Part shown: positions 24,671-32,999 of the stretch, one piece after another | How positions within the stretch are numbered: position 1 is the first letter of the stretch | How the letters are laid out: every line of letters starts with the position of its first letter | Assembly: GCA_016184305.1 (NCBI GenBank) | Contig: JACPCX010000190.1 | Span: 1 to 35,190 of the forward strand | DNA length: 35,190 bases | Source: Candidatus Rokuibacteriota bacterium | GTDB taxonomy: Bacteria; Methylomirabilota; Methylomirabilia; Rokubacteriales; CSP1-6 | Direction of reading: 5' to 3' | Program-made: the position numbers and the translations under genes | Notes under the pieces: model-generated | Databases searched by the model: none | What the model was told of the DNA's origin: nothing | What the model saw: the letters and a program-made list of their open reading frames with translations, nothing else

Positions 24671-24916
24671 ATTCCCCCTGCAAGCAAGCCCGTCAAGCGC
24701 CGCCGGTTCGGGCGGCGCAAGGTCTGCAAGTTCTGCGTCGACAAGGTGGGTCCGGTCGACTACAAGGATGTCCGGCGGCTCAGGAACTTCGTGTCCGAGC
24801 GGGGCAAGATCACCCCGCGGCGCATCTCCGGGAGCTGCGCCCGGCACCAGCGTCAGCTGACCCACGCCATCCGGCGGGCGCGCACGGTGGCGCTCGTTCC
24901 CTACACGGCAGAGTGA
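24671..24916 (+). CDS. rpsR: 30S ribosomal protein S18 (Zn-ribbon type), absent from the ORF track; probable ATT start
   Basis: (M)[80 protein letters not shown]. Sits between ssb and rplI. AGGAGG lies 8 nt before ATT. Confidence 0.95.
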   Translation: MPPASKPVKRRRFGRRKVCKFCVDKVGPVDYKDVRRLRNFVSERGKITPRRISGSCARHQRQLTHAIRRARTVALVPYTAE

Positions 24917-24932
24917 GGACCGGGAGTTCGCG

Positions 24933-25376
24933 ATGAAGATCATCCTGCTGGACGACGTGGCCACGCTGGGCCGTCGGGGCGAGGTCCGGGATGTGTCAGA
25001 CGGGTACGCGCGGAACTACCTCCTGCCCCAGAAGCTGGCGCTCAACGCGACCGCAGCCAATCTCAAGAACCTGGACACGATCAAGGCGCGCCACGAGGGC
25101 CAGGCCGCCAAGCTGCGCGCGGAGGCCGAGACGCAGGCGCTGGCCATCGAGGCGCTCGCGTTCACGCAGAGCCGGCAGGCCTCCGACGAGGGACGGCTCT
25201 TCGGGTCCGTCGGCAAGGCCGACGTGGCCGCGTTCCTCGCCCAGCACGGCATCGAGATCGAGCGGCGCCGCATCGCGCTCGAGGAGCCCATCAAGGCCCT
25301 CGGCGAGTTCAGTGTGCCGATCCGCCTGCACGGAGATGTCACCGCCCACCTCAAGGTCGCCGTCAGCCGGGAGTAG
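24933..25376 (+). CDS. rplI: 50S ribosomal protein L9
   Basis: MKIILLDDVATLGRRGEV..V.DGYARNYLLPQ, GRLFGSV, PIKALG. Confidence 0.97.
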   Translation: MKIILLDDVATLGRRGEVRDVSDGYARNYLLPQKLALNATAANLKNLDTIKARHEGQAAKLRAEAETQALAIEALAFTQSRQASDEGRLFGSVGKADVAAFLAQHGIEIERRRIALEEPIKALGEFSVPIRLHGDVTAHLKVAVSRE

Positions 25377-25378
25377 AG

Positions 25379-26746
25379 GTGGCGACGCTCGAGGATCTGC
25401 TCACCTCCAAGATCCCCCCGCACAGTCTGGAGGCGGAGCGGGCCGTGCTCGGCGCCATCCTGCTCGAACGCGAGAGCCTTCCCAAGGCCGTCGAGCTGCT
25501 CCGGCCCTCCGACTTCTACAAGGAGGGCCACCGGAAGATCTTCGACACCATGATCGCGCTCTTCGAGCGGAACGACCCGGTGGACCTCCTCACGCTGTCG
25601 GAGGAGCTTCGTCGCCGGAACGCCCTCGACGACGTCGGTGGCGCGGCCGCCCTGGCGGCGCTCGTCGAGGAGGCCGCCACCTCCGCCCACCTGCTCGCCT
25701 ACGGCGGGATCGTCCGCGAGAAGGCGCTCCTGCGGGACCTGATCCGCATCGCGACGGAGATCATCGGACAGAGCTTCGCCGCCGCCGACGACGTCGAGAA
25801 GCTGCTCGACGACGCCGAGCGGCTCATCTTCCAGATTTCCGAGCGCCGCATGCAGGGGTCCGCCCTCCCGGTGCGCTCGATCCTGAAGGATACCTTCGAG
25901 CACATCGAGCGGCTGTACGAGCGGAAGGAGCACATCACCGGGCTGGCGTCCGGGTTCGACGACCTGGACCGCCTGACCTCGGGCTTCCAGTCGAGCGATT
26001 TCATCATCATCGCGGGGCGACCCTCCATGGGCAAGACCGCCTTCGCGATGAACGTTGCCAAGTACGCGGGCGTGGAGCAGCACAAGACCGTGCTCGTGCT
26101 CAGCCTGGAGATGACCAAGGAGCAGCTGGTCCAGCGCCTGCTATGCGCCGAGGCGCGCGTGGACTCCCACAAGGTGCGCACCGGCTACCTGGAGCCGCGG
26201 GACTGGACGCGCCTCACGCACGCGGCGGGCCGACTGGCGGAGGCCCCCATCTACATCGACGACTCACCGGCGCTCTCGGTCCTGGAAGCACGAGCCAAGG
26301 CCCGGCGTCTCAAGGCCGAGCACGGCCTCGACCTCGTCGTCATCGATTACCTCCAGCTCATGCGGGGGCGCAACCCGGAGAACCGCCAGCAGGAGATCTC
26401 CGAGATCTCCCGCTCGCTCAAGGCGCTGGCGAAGGAGCTGAACGTCCCGGTCATCGCCCTGTCACAGCTGTCCCGAGCCGTGGAGGCGCGCCAGTCGAAG
26501 GACTACCGGCCCCAGCTCTCGGACCTGCGCGAGTCGGGCGCGCTCGAGCAGGATGCCGACGTCATTCTGTTCGTGTACCGGGCGGAGCGGTACGGGCTGC
26601 AGTCCGAGGACGGTGAGAAGGTTGCCGAGATCATCATCGGCAAGCAGCGCAACGGTCCCGTGGACACCGTCAAGCTGACCTTCATCTCGGAGTACGCCTC
26701 GTTCGAGCGGATGGCCCGGACCGACCGCATGCCCCAGCCGTTCTGA
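25379..26746 (+). CDS. dnaB: Replicative DNA helicase DnaB
   Basis: PPHSLEAERAVLG, GRPSMGKT, SLEM, IDYLQLM, LSQLSR, LRESGALEQDAD, KQRNGP. No intein. Confidence 0.98.
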   Translation: MATLEDLLTSKIPPHSLEAERAVLGAILLERESLPKAVELLRPSDFYKEGHRKIFDTMIALFERNDPVDLLTLSEELRRRNALDDVGGAAALAALVEEAATSAHLLAYGGIVREKALLRDLIRIATEIIGQSFAAADDVEKLLDDAERLIFQISERRMQGSALPVRSILKDTFEHIERLYERKEHITGLASGFDDLDRLTSGFQSSDFIIIAGRPSMGKTAFAMNVAKYAGVEQHKTVLVLSLEMTKEQLVQRLLCAEARVDSHKVRTGYLEPRDWTRLTHAAGRLAEAPIYIDDSPALSVLEARAKARRLKAEHGLDLVVIDYLQLMRGRNPENRQQEISEISRSLKALAKELNVPVIALSQLSRAVEARQSKDYRPQLSDLRESGALEQDADVILFVYRAERYGLQSEDGEKVAEIIIGKQRNGPVDTVKLTFISEYASFERMARTDRMPQPF

Positions 26747-26832
26747 CTGCCGCGGCGGGTCCTGCCGGGCGCCCCTGATCCAGGGCCGAGGCGGTCATCT
26801 CCTCACCCCACCGATCGGCCTCGCGCCCTCGC

Positions 26833-26861
26833 TTGACAAGCGAGAGTCAGGACCCTAGCGT
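26833..26861 (+). promoter_or_regulatory. sigma70 promoter of the KimA-like gene
   Basis: TTGACA-17 nt-TAGCGT. Confidence 0.65.
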
Positions 26862-26881
26862 AGGGCCTCCGGAGACCGTCC

Positions 26882-28705
26882 CTGAAGATCAACACGCTCA
26901 AGAAGATATTCGTCGGGAGGCCGCTGGCCACGGCGCAGGCGCGCCACGAGCGCCTCGGCAAGGTCAGCGGCCTCGCCGTCTTCGCGTCGGACAATCTTTC
27001 TTCCGTGGCGTATGCCACCGAAGAGATCCTGCGTGTCCTCCTGGTGGCCGGGACGGCGGCGCTGTCGCTGTCGGTGCCCATCGGCATCGCCATCGGCGTG
27101 GTGATCGCCGTGGTCATCACCTCGTACCGCCAGACCATCGCCGCGTACCCCCAGGGCGCCAGCGACTACATCGTGGCCAAGGACAACCTGGGGGTCTACC
27201 CGGGCCTCATCGCCGGCGCGGCGCTCCTGATCGACTACACGCTCACGGTGGCGGTGAGCGTCTCGGCGGGGGTGGCGGCTCTCACGTCCGCATTCGCGGT
27301 CCTCTATCCGTACCGTGTCCTGCTCGGCGCCGGGCTGGTGGCCGGCGTCGCGTTCGCGAACCTGCGGGGCATCCGGGAGTCGGCGAAATTCTTCGCGGTG
27401 TGGAGCTACCTCTTCATCGGCGGGTACCTGATGCTCATGGTGTACGGGTTCGTGGCCCACTTGTTCTGGGGCGCCGCGGCGCCCCCACCGCCGCCCGTCG
27501 AGCCCTCGCCGTCCTCCACCCTCGGGATCTTCCTCCTGCTCCGCGCCTTCGCGTCGGGCGCGGTGGCGCTGACTGGCATCGAGGCGGTGTCGGACGGCGT
27601 GACCGGGTTCAAGCCGCCGGAGGTGCGCAACGCGCAGACGGTGCTGGTGGCGCTCGGCGTCATCATGATCACGCTCTTCGTCGGGATCACGGTGCTGGCG
27701 GCAAGCTTCGGCATCGCTCCGCGGGACGAGGAGACCGTCGTCTCCCAGCTCGCCCGGCAGGTGTTTGGCGGCGGGCTCATCTATTATTTCATTCAGGCCA
27801 TCTCCATGGTCATCCTCGTCCTGGCCGCCAACACGGCCTTCGCCGATTTCCCGCGGCTGGCGTTCTTCATGGCGCGGGACGGGTACCTGCCACGCCAGTT
27901 CGCCAGCCGTGGGGACCGGCTGGTCTACTCCAACGGCGTCATCATCCTGGCGGCGGCCTCGGCGGTGCTCATCGTGGTCTTCCACGGAAGCACTCACGCG
28001 CTCATCCCCCTCTACGCAGTCGGGGTGTTCACCTCCTTCACCCTCTCCCAGAGCGCCATGGTGCGGCGCTGGCTCCGGCAGCGGCCCGTGGGGTGGTGGT
28101 GGCGGGCCGCCATCAGCGGGGTCGGAGCCGCCACGACGGGCCTCGTGATGATGATCACAGGCATGACGAAGTTCATGGATGGGGCCTGGATCGTCGTGAT
28201 CCTCGCGGGGGCGCTCATCGCGCACTTCCTGGCCATCAACCGGCACTACCAGCACGTGGCGGGCGAGCTCTCGCTGGAGGGCTTCGAGGGCCGGGGCCCC
28301 ATGCAGCACACGGTGCTGGTGCTCGTCGGGGATCTCCACAAGGGCGTGATCCAGGCGCTCCAGTACGCGCAGACGCTCTCGGCGTCCGCGAAGGCCGTCT
28401 ACGTGGAGATGGATCCGGAAAAGACGCGCCGCCTCGAAGAGAAATGGGGGAAGTGGGGCTGCGGGCTGCCCCTGGTGGTCCTGACCTCGCCCTACCGCTC
28501 GCTGCTGACGCCGTTCCTCGAGTACCTGGACCACCTGCTGGCGCACGGGGAGAACCACATCGTCACGATCATCATCCCCGAGTTCATCCCCGTCAAATGG
28601 TGGCAGCACCTGCTGCACAACCAGACCGCGCTCCTCATCAAGGGCGCGCTCCTCTTCCGGAAGAACGTCGTGGTCGCCGACGTGCCGTACCACCTCTCCC
28701 GCTGA
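26882..28705 (+). CDS. APC-superfamily transporter, KimA/YdaO-like K+ importer; probable CTG start
   Basis: Homology extends 41 codons upstream of the track start (LKKIFVGRPL....HERL....LAVFASDNLSSVAYATEE). Also LLIDYTLTVAVS, LTGIEA, AANTAFADFP, LIPLYAVGVF, SPYRS, LHNQ. Confidence 0.9.
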   Translation: MKINTLKKIFVGRPLATAQARHERLGKVSGLAVFASDNLSSVAYATEEILRVLLVAGTAALSLSVPIGIAIGVVIAVVITSYRQTIAAYPQGASDYIVAKDNLGVYPGLIAGAALLIDYTLTVAVSVSAGVAALTSAFAVLYPYRVLLGAGLVAGVAFANLRGIRESAKFFAVWSYLFIGGYLMLMVYGFVAHLFWGAAAPPPPPVEPSPSSTLGIFLLLRAFASGAVALTGIEAVSDGVTGFKPPEVRNAQTVLVALGVIMITLFVGITVLAASFGIAPRDEETVVSQLARQVFGGGLIYYFIQAISMVILVLAANTAFADFPRLAFFMARDGYLPRQFASRGDRLVYSNGVIILAAASAVLIVVFHGSTHALIPLYAVGVFTSFTLSQSAMVRRWLRQRPVGWWWRAAISGVGAATTGLVMMITGMTKFMDGAWIVVILAGALIAHFLAINRHYQHVAGELSLEGFEGRGPMQHTVLVLVGDLHKGVIQALQYAQTLSASAKAVYVEMDPEKTRRLEEKWGKWGCGLPLVVLTSPYRSLLTPFLEYLDHLLAHGENHIVTIIIPEFIPVKWWQHLLHNQTALLIKGALLFRKNVVVADVPYHLSR

Positions 28706-28711
28706 CGGCCC

Positions 28712-29500
28712 TCACTCCCCGGTGAACCGCGGCGGGCGCTTCTCGGTGAGCGCCCGGACCCCCTCCGCGAAGTCGCGCGTGCCGAAGCACATGACCTGCG
28801 CGTCCACCGTCGTGTCGAGCTCCGCCCAGAACGTGGAGGCGAGACCGCGGTTGAGCGCTTCCTTGGCGGCGGCGATGGCGCGCGCGGGGCCGCGCGCCAG
28901 GCTCCGCGCGAGCTCCTCCGCCGCGCGGGGCAGATCCGGTGGCATGACCACCTTGTTCACGAGGCCGATGCGGAGCGCCTCCCTGGCGTCGATGATCTCG
29001 CCCGTCAGCACGAGCTCCGTGGCCCTGGCGAATCCCACGAGGCGCGGCAGGAGGTACATCCCGCCGAGCGCCGGGATGCAGCCCAGGGTGATCCAGACCT
29101 CGCCGAAGCGCGCCTTTTCCGACGCGATCCGGAAGTCGCACGCCACGGCAATCTCGCAGCCGGCGCCCACGGCCGCGCCGTTGACGGCGGCGATGACCGG
29201 CTTGTCCATGGCGCGGATGAGGCGCGGCACGCGCTGGAAGTTGCCGTACACGACCTCCTTGGCCCGGGCCGGAGGCATGCCCGGAAGCTCCTGGAGGAAG
29301 GCCAGGTCGCCGCCCGCCGAGAAGGCGCTGCCGGCGCCGGTGATCACCACCGCGCGAGCGCTCCGGTCGGCGGCGGCCGCCTCCAGCCGGTCGGCGAGCG
29401 CGCCCATCACTTCCACGGTGAGGGCGTTGAGCGAGTCGGGACGGTTCAGCGTGAGCGTCAGCACTCCGTCGGCTTGAGCGACACGGACGACATCGGTCAT
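28712..29500 (-). CDS. Enoyl-CoA hydratase/isomerase (crotonase) family protein
   Basis: LTLNRPDSLNAL, AFSAGGDL, KPVIAAVNGAAVGAG, EKRPPRFTG. GAGG RBS before ATG 29500. Confidence 0.93.
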   Translation of the reverse strand: MTDVVRVAQADGVLTLTLNRPDSLNALTVEVMGALADRLEAAAADRSARAVVITGAGSAFSAGGDLAFLQELPGMPPARAKEVVYGNFQRVPRLIRAMDKPVIAAVNGAAVGAGCEIAVACDFRIASEKARFGEVWITLGCIPALGGMYLLPRLVGFARATELVLTGEIIDAREALRIGLVNKVVMPPDLPRAAEELARSLARGPARAIAAAKEALNRGLASTFWAELDTTVDAQVMCFGTRDFAEGVRALTEKRPPRFTGE

Positions 29501-29626
29501 GGGCCGCACCTCGCAGTGAGAGTGCCCCCACCATACCTGAGGGCCGGAGACGGCCGCAAGCCGGCCTCCGGGGGCTCGCTGCCGGCGTGGGGGCCGGCGG
29601 GTCGCGTTCCCCTCGAGAGGGCGGTC

Positions 29627-29635
29627 TGGTACACT
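29627..29635 (+). promoter_or_regulatory. Extended -10 promoter candidate for the alkA operon
   Basis: TGGTACACT ends 11 nt before ATG 29647. No RBS is visible, so the leader is very short. Confidence 0.45.
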
Positions 29636-29646
29636 GAATCGCTGCG

Positions 29647-30567
29647 ATGGAGGCCACGCTCGCCGCTCCCGGACCGCTGGACGTGTCTCGCACGCTCGCC
29701 AGGTTTCGCCTCTGGGGCGAGGATCCGGCGAGCCTGCTCGCCGACGGCGTCTTCCGGCGCGCGCTGTGGGTCGATGGCTGCTGCCACGGCTACGAGCTTC
29801 GCTGGGCCGGTGGCCCGGACGATGCTCGCCTGACGGTCCGCGTGCCGGGGACGCGGAGGGCGCGCGTGATGGACGCGGCGCTGGCGCAGGTGCGGTGGAT
29901 CTGCGGCCTCGACCTGGACCTGGCGGCGTTCTACCAGGCCGCGCGGCGCGATCCGGTGCTCGGGGCCCTGGTCCCGCGGCTCTACGGCCTCCGGCCCACG
30001 CTCACGCCGCAGCCGTTCGAGATGCTCGTGGGGGCCGTATGCGCGCAGCAGGTGAATCTGGCGTTCGCGTTCACCGTGCGGGGGCGACTGGTGCGGCGCT
30101 TCGGCACCGAGGTCGCGGTCGGAGGTCAGACCGTGTACGCCTTTCCGGAGGCGGAGCGGCTGGCCCGGGCGCAGGTGCCCGAGCTCCGCGCGATGCAGTT
30201 CACGGTGCGCAAGGCGGAGTACATCATCGGGCTCGCCCGGCAGGTCGCCTCCGGCGAGCTCGACCTGAACGGGCTGGGTGAGCGCTCCAACGACGAGATC
30301 ATGAGCACCCTGACGGCGATCCGCGGCTTCGGGCGGTGGACGGCGGAGTGGTTCCTGGCACGAAGCCTGGGACGCGGAGACGTCTGCCCGGCGGGGGACC
30401 TCGCGGTGAGAAAGGCCTTCGGCCACTTTTTCGCCCGCGGGCGGCTGCCGAGCGAGGAGGCCGTCCGCCGGCGCGCGGCGGCGTGGGGGGAGCATCAGAA
30501 CCTGGCCGTGCACTATCTCCTGGCCGGGCAGCGGCTCGAGGCAGCGGCTGGTGGAGGCGGGACATGA
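29647..30567 (+). CDS. alkA: DNA-3-methyladenine glycosylase II (AlkA family, HhH-GPD)
   Basis: PFEML..AVCAQQV, FGT.......AFP, LTAIRGFGRWTAE, DVCPAGDLAVR. Confidence 0.88.
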   Translation: MEATLAAPGPLDVSRTLARFRLWGEDPASLLADGVFRRALWVDGCCHGYELRWAGGPDDARLTVRVPGTRRARVMDAALAQVRWICGLDLDLAAFYQAARRDPVLGALVPRLYGLRPTLTPQPFEMLVGAVCAQQVNLAFAFTVRGRLVRRFGTEVAVGGQTVYAFPEAERLARAQVPELRAMQFTVRKAEYIIGLARQVASGELDLNGLGERSNDEIMSTLTAIRGFGRWTAEWFLARSLGRGDVCPAGDLAVRKAFGHFFARGRLPSEEAVRRRAAAWGEHQNLAVHYLLAGQRLEAAAGGGGT

Positions 30568-30890
30568 CGATCAAGAAGATCTTGCCGATCCTGGGACAGC
30601 CGAACCCGGAGCAGCCGACGGACGTCCATCTGGTCGGCCGCTACGCAGTTGGCATCTCCTGGGCCGACAACCACTCGAGCATCTATCCCTTCGACCGACT
30701 GCGGCTCGACGATCCGGCGCTCGAGGACCCGCCGCCGGAGGCGCTCACCGAAGCCATGACCTGGCCCAGGGAGATCAAGAAGCTCCCGGATGCCCTGCGC
30801 GTCGTCTGGGCGGACGGACGCGAGAGCCTCTATCCGTATGCGGGGCTCCGGGCGCTGTGCCGGTGCGCTGGATGCACGGGCGGCCATTAG
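30564..30890 (+). CDS. DUF971/GBBH-like N-terminal domain protein with permuted halves
   Basis: VGRYAVGISWAD.HSSIYPF..LR, followed by LRVVWADG.ES.Y....LR.LCRCAGC. ATGA overlap with alkA, GGAGG RBS. Confidence 0.8.
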   Translation: MTIKKILPILGQPNPEQPTDVHLVGRYAVGISWADNHSSIYPFDRLRLDDPALEDPPPEALTEAMTWPREIKKLPDALRVVWADGRESLYPYAGLRALCRCAGCTGGH

Positions 30891-32446
30891 TGCTCCCGTC
30901 CCCCGTGGTGGGCACGACCCGCCGTGGCCTCGTCCTGACCGGGGTCATGGGGGCGGTGTTCCTGGCGGCGATGGAGTCCACCGTTGTCGCGACCGCGATG
31001 CCGACCGTCATCGCCAGCCTCGGTGGCATCCGGATCTACTCCTGGGTGTTCTCGGCCTTTCTCCTGGCCTCCACCGTGACAATGCCGATCTGGGGCCGCA
31101 TGGCCGATCTTTTCGGCCGCCGCCCCACCTACCTGGCCGGCTTCGCCGTCTTCCTGGTGGGCTCCGCCCTCTCAGGGCTCGCCCAGAGCATGAACCAGCT
31201 CATCGCCTTCCGCACCCTTCAGGGGCTGGGCGCGGGCTCGCTGATCACGCTCGGCATGACCATCATCGGCGATCTGTACGATCTCGAGCGCCGGGCGAAG
31301 ATGCAGGGGTACTTCTCGGGCGTCTGGGGCGTGGCCTCCCTCGTGGGGCCGCTGCTCGGCGGGGTCCTCGCCGACACCGTGTCGTGGCGCTGGGTCTTCT
31401 ACATCAATATCCCGTTCGGTCTCCTGGCTGCCGGGGCCATCGCCTGGGGGCTCCGCGACGAGCGATCCTCGCACCGGCCCGTGATCTTCGACCATGCGGG
31501 CACGCTGCTGTTCACGGGCGCGGTCTCCTCCCTGTTGCTGGGGCTCGTGGAAGGGGGACGCGAGGCCTCGTGGACGCGGGGGTCCGTCGTGGGGCTGCTG
31601 ATCGCCTCCGCGGTGCTGCTCGCGGCCTTCGTCCTGGTGGAACGGCGGGCCGCCCAGCCCCTCATCCCCCTCGGGCTCTTCCGCAACCCGATGGTCCGTG
31701 CCGCCGCGGCCACCGGCTTGCTCTCCGGCATGGCGATGTTCGGTGCCATCGCCTATATTCCGCTGTTCCTGCAGGCCGTGGTCGGGAGCACCGCGACGCA
31801 GGCGGGCTTCGTGCTCACGCCCTTCATCCTGGGGTGGGTGACGTTCTCCATCCTCGGCGCCCGCCTGTGCCTGCGCGTCGGATACCGCGGGGTCGTGGTG
31901 GCGGGCATGGCGGTGCTCACGCTCGGCTTCCTGCTCTTCAGCGGGTGGAGCGAGGCGCTCACCCGGATGACTGCCGCGAGCCACATCGTGCTGGCGGGGG
32001 TCGGCATGGGGCTCGTCTTCGTCCCCATGCTGATCGCCGTGCAGAGCAGCGTGCCGCGCGCTGCCCTGGGTTCCGCCACCTCGGTCATCTCCTTCTTCCG
32101 CGCCATCGGGGGAACGGTGGGGGTGGCGGTGATGGGCTCGGTGATGGCGCACCGGCTGCACACGGAGCTCGGCGGATTGCTGGCCGCGGCGCCCGCCTCT
32201 CTCCAGGAGGGCCTGCGCCGGGTGGTCGAGCATCCCGACGTGCTCGTGAACCCCATGACACGCGCGGGGCTCGGGTCCGACGTGCTGATGCAGATTCGCC
32301 CGGCCATGGCGCACGCCGTGGGCGGCGTCTTCACGGTGGGCCTCGCCGTGTGCGTCGTGGCGCTCGCCTCCGCCTTCCTGGTGCCCGCGGGCCAGGCGCG
32401 CGACCTGGCCGCGGCGCCGGAGCCGGCGGCGCCGACGCGGTCCTGA
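30890..32446 (+). CDS. MFS drug:H+ antiporter (DHA2/14-TMS, MDR family)
   Basis: FLAAMESTVVATAMP, WGRMADLFGRR, FRTLQGLG, GPLLGG...WRWVFYINIP. GTG overlaps the upstream TAG. Confidence 0.93.
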   Translation: MLPSPVVGTTRRGLVLTGVMGAVFLAAMESTVVATAMPTVIASLGGIRIYSWVFSAFLLASTVTMPIWGRMADLFGRRPTYLAGFAVFLVGSALSGLAQSMNQLIAFRTLQGLGAGSLITLGMTIIGDLYDLERRAKMQGYFSGVWGVASLVGPLLGGVLADTVSWRWVFYINIPFGLLAAGAIAWGLRDERSSHRPVIFDHAGTLLFTGAVSSLLLGLVEGGREASWTRGSVVGLLIASAVLLAAFVLVERRAAQPLIPLGLFRNPMVRAAAATGLLSGMAMFGAIAYIPLFLQAVVGSTATQAGFVLTPFILGWVTFSILGARLCLRVGYRGVVVAGMAVLTLGFLLFSGWSEALTRMTAASHIVLAGVGMGLVFVPMLIAVQSSVPRAALGSATSVISFFRAIGGTVGVAVMGSVMAHRLHTELGGLLAAAPASLQEGLRRVVEHPDVLVNPMTRAGLGSDVLMQIRPAMAHAVGGVFTVGLAVCVVALASAFLVPAGQARDLAAAPEPAAPTRS

Positions 32447-32447
32447 T

Positions 32448-32999
32448 GTGACTGCCATGGCCGGGGACGCGCCGCTTCTCGATCGTCTGGCCGCGCTGCC
32501 CCCGGTGCCCGTCTCCGAGCTCACCGCGCTGCTCGATCGGGGAGCGAGCCTGGCAAAGGATCCGCTGCTGGCCGGGCTCGTGGGCGTCGACGAGGAGGGC
32601 GAGCCGGCGCTCCACCCGCTCGCGGCGGCGGTGCTCGAGCAGCTCCACAAGCGCCCCGATGCGACCTGTTACGCGGCGCTGATCGAGGCGCTGACCGGCA
32701 TCTGGAATGCCGCGGTCCGGGGCGCCGTCGTCGCGCGCCTCAAGGCGGGTGGACTGCCGCCCGACGACCTGCTCCTCCGGCTCGAGGCCCTCTCCCCGAC
32801 GCTCGGGTTCCAGGCGGAGAATCGCGAGTGGGCCAGGGCGTGGATGGCCGATCCGACCGCCCAGGACGGAGCGCTCGTGCAGCAGTGCCTCGTCCGGCTG
32901 CTGCTCGCCCTCCGCGGGCTCGCTGAGGCGCGCGCCCGGGCGCTCACGGACCCACACCCCCCACCGCGCGGGGGGTCCGCCACCAAGGAGACCTCATGA
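32448..32999 (+). CDS. Hypothetical alpha-helical protein
   Basis: Fills the gap between two operonic genes with GC3-rich codons, and has an ATGA overlap with the next gene. No family recognised. Start 32448 or 32457. Confidence 0.75.
   Translation: MTAMAGDAPLLDRLAALPPVPVSELTALLDRGASLAKDPLLAGLVGVDEEGEPALHPLAAAVLEQLHKRPDATCYAALIEALTGIWNAAVRGAVVARLKAGGLPPDDLLLRLEALSPTLGFQAENREWARAWMADPTAQDGALVQQCLVRLLLALRGLAEARARALTDPHPPPRGGSATKETS

Noticed and set aside
24227..24916. SSB-S18 fusion by readthrough of the ssb TAG (the two genes are in frame)
   Set aside because: SSB ends in the canonical acidic PF tip, which must be C-terminal. A strong SD correctly spaced to ATT explains S18 independently.
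25379..26746. Intein in DnaB
   Set aside because: The length (455 aa) and contiguous motifs leave no insertion.
26747..26881. ydaO/c-di-AMP riboswitch upstream of the KimA-like gene
   Set aside because: No recognisable ydaO consensus, and the best promoter lies ~20 nt from the start, leaving no room.
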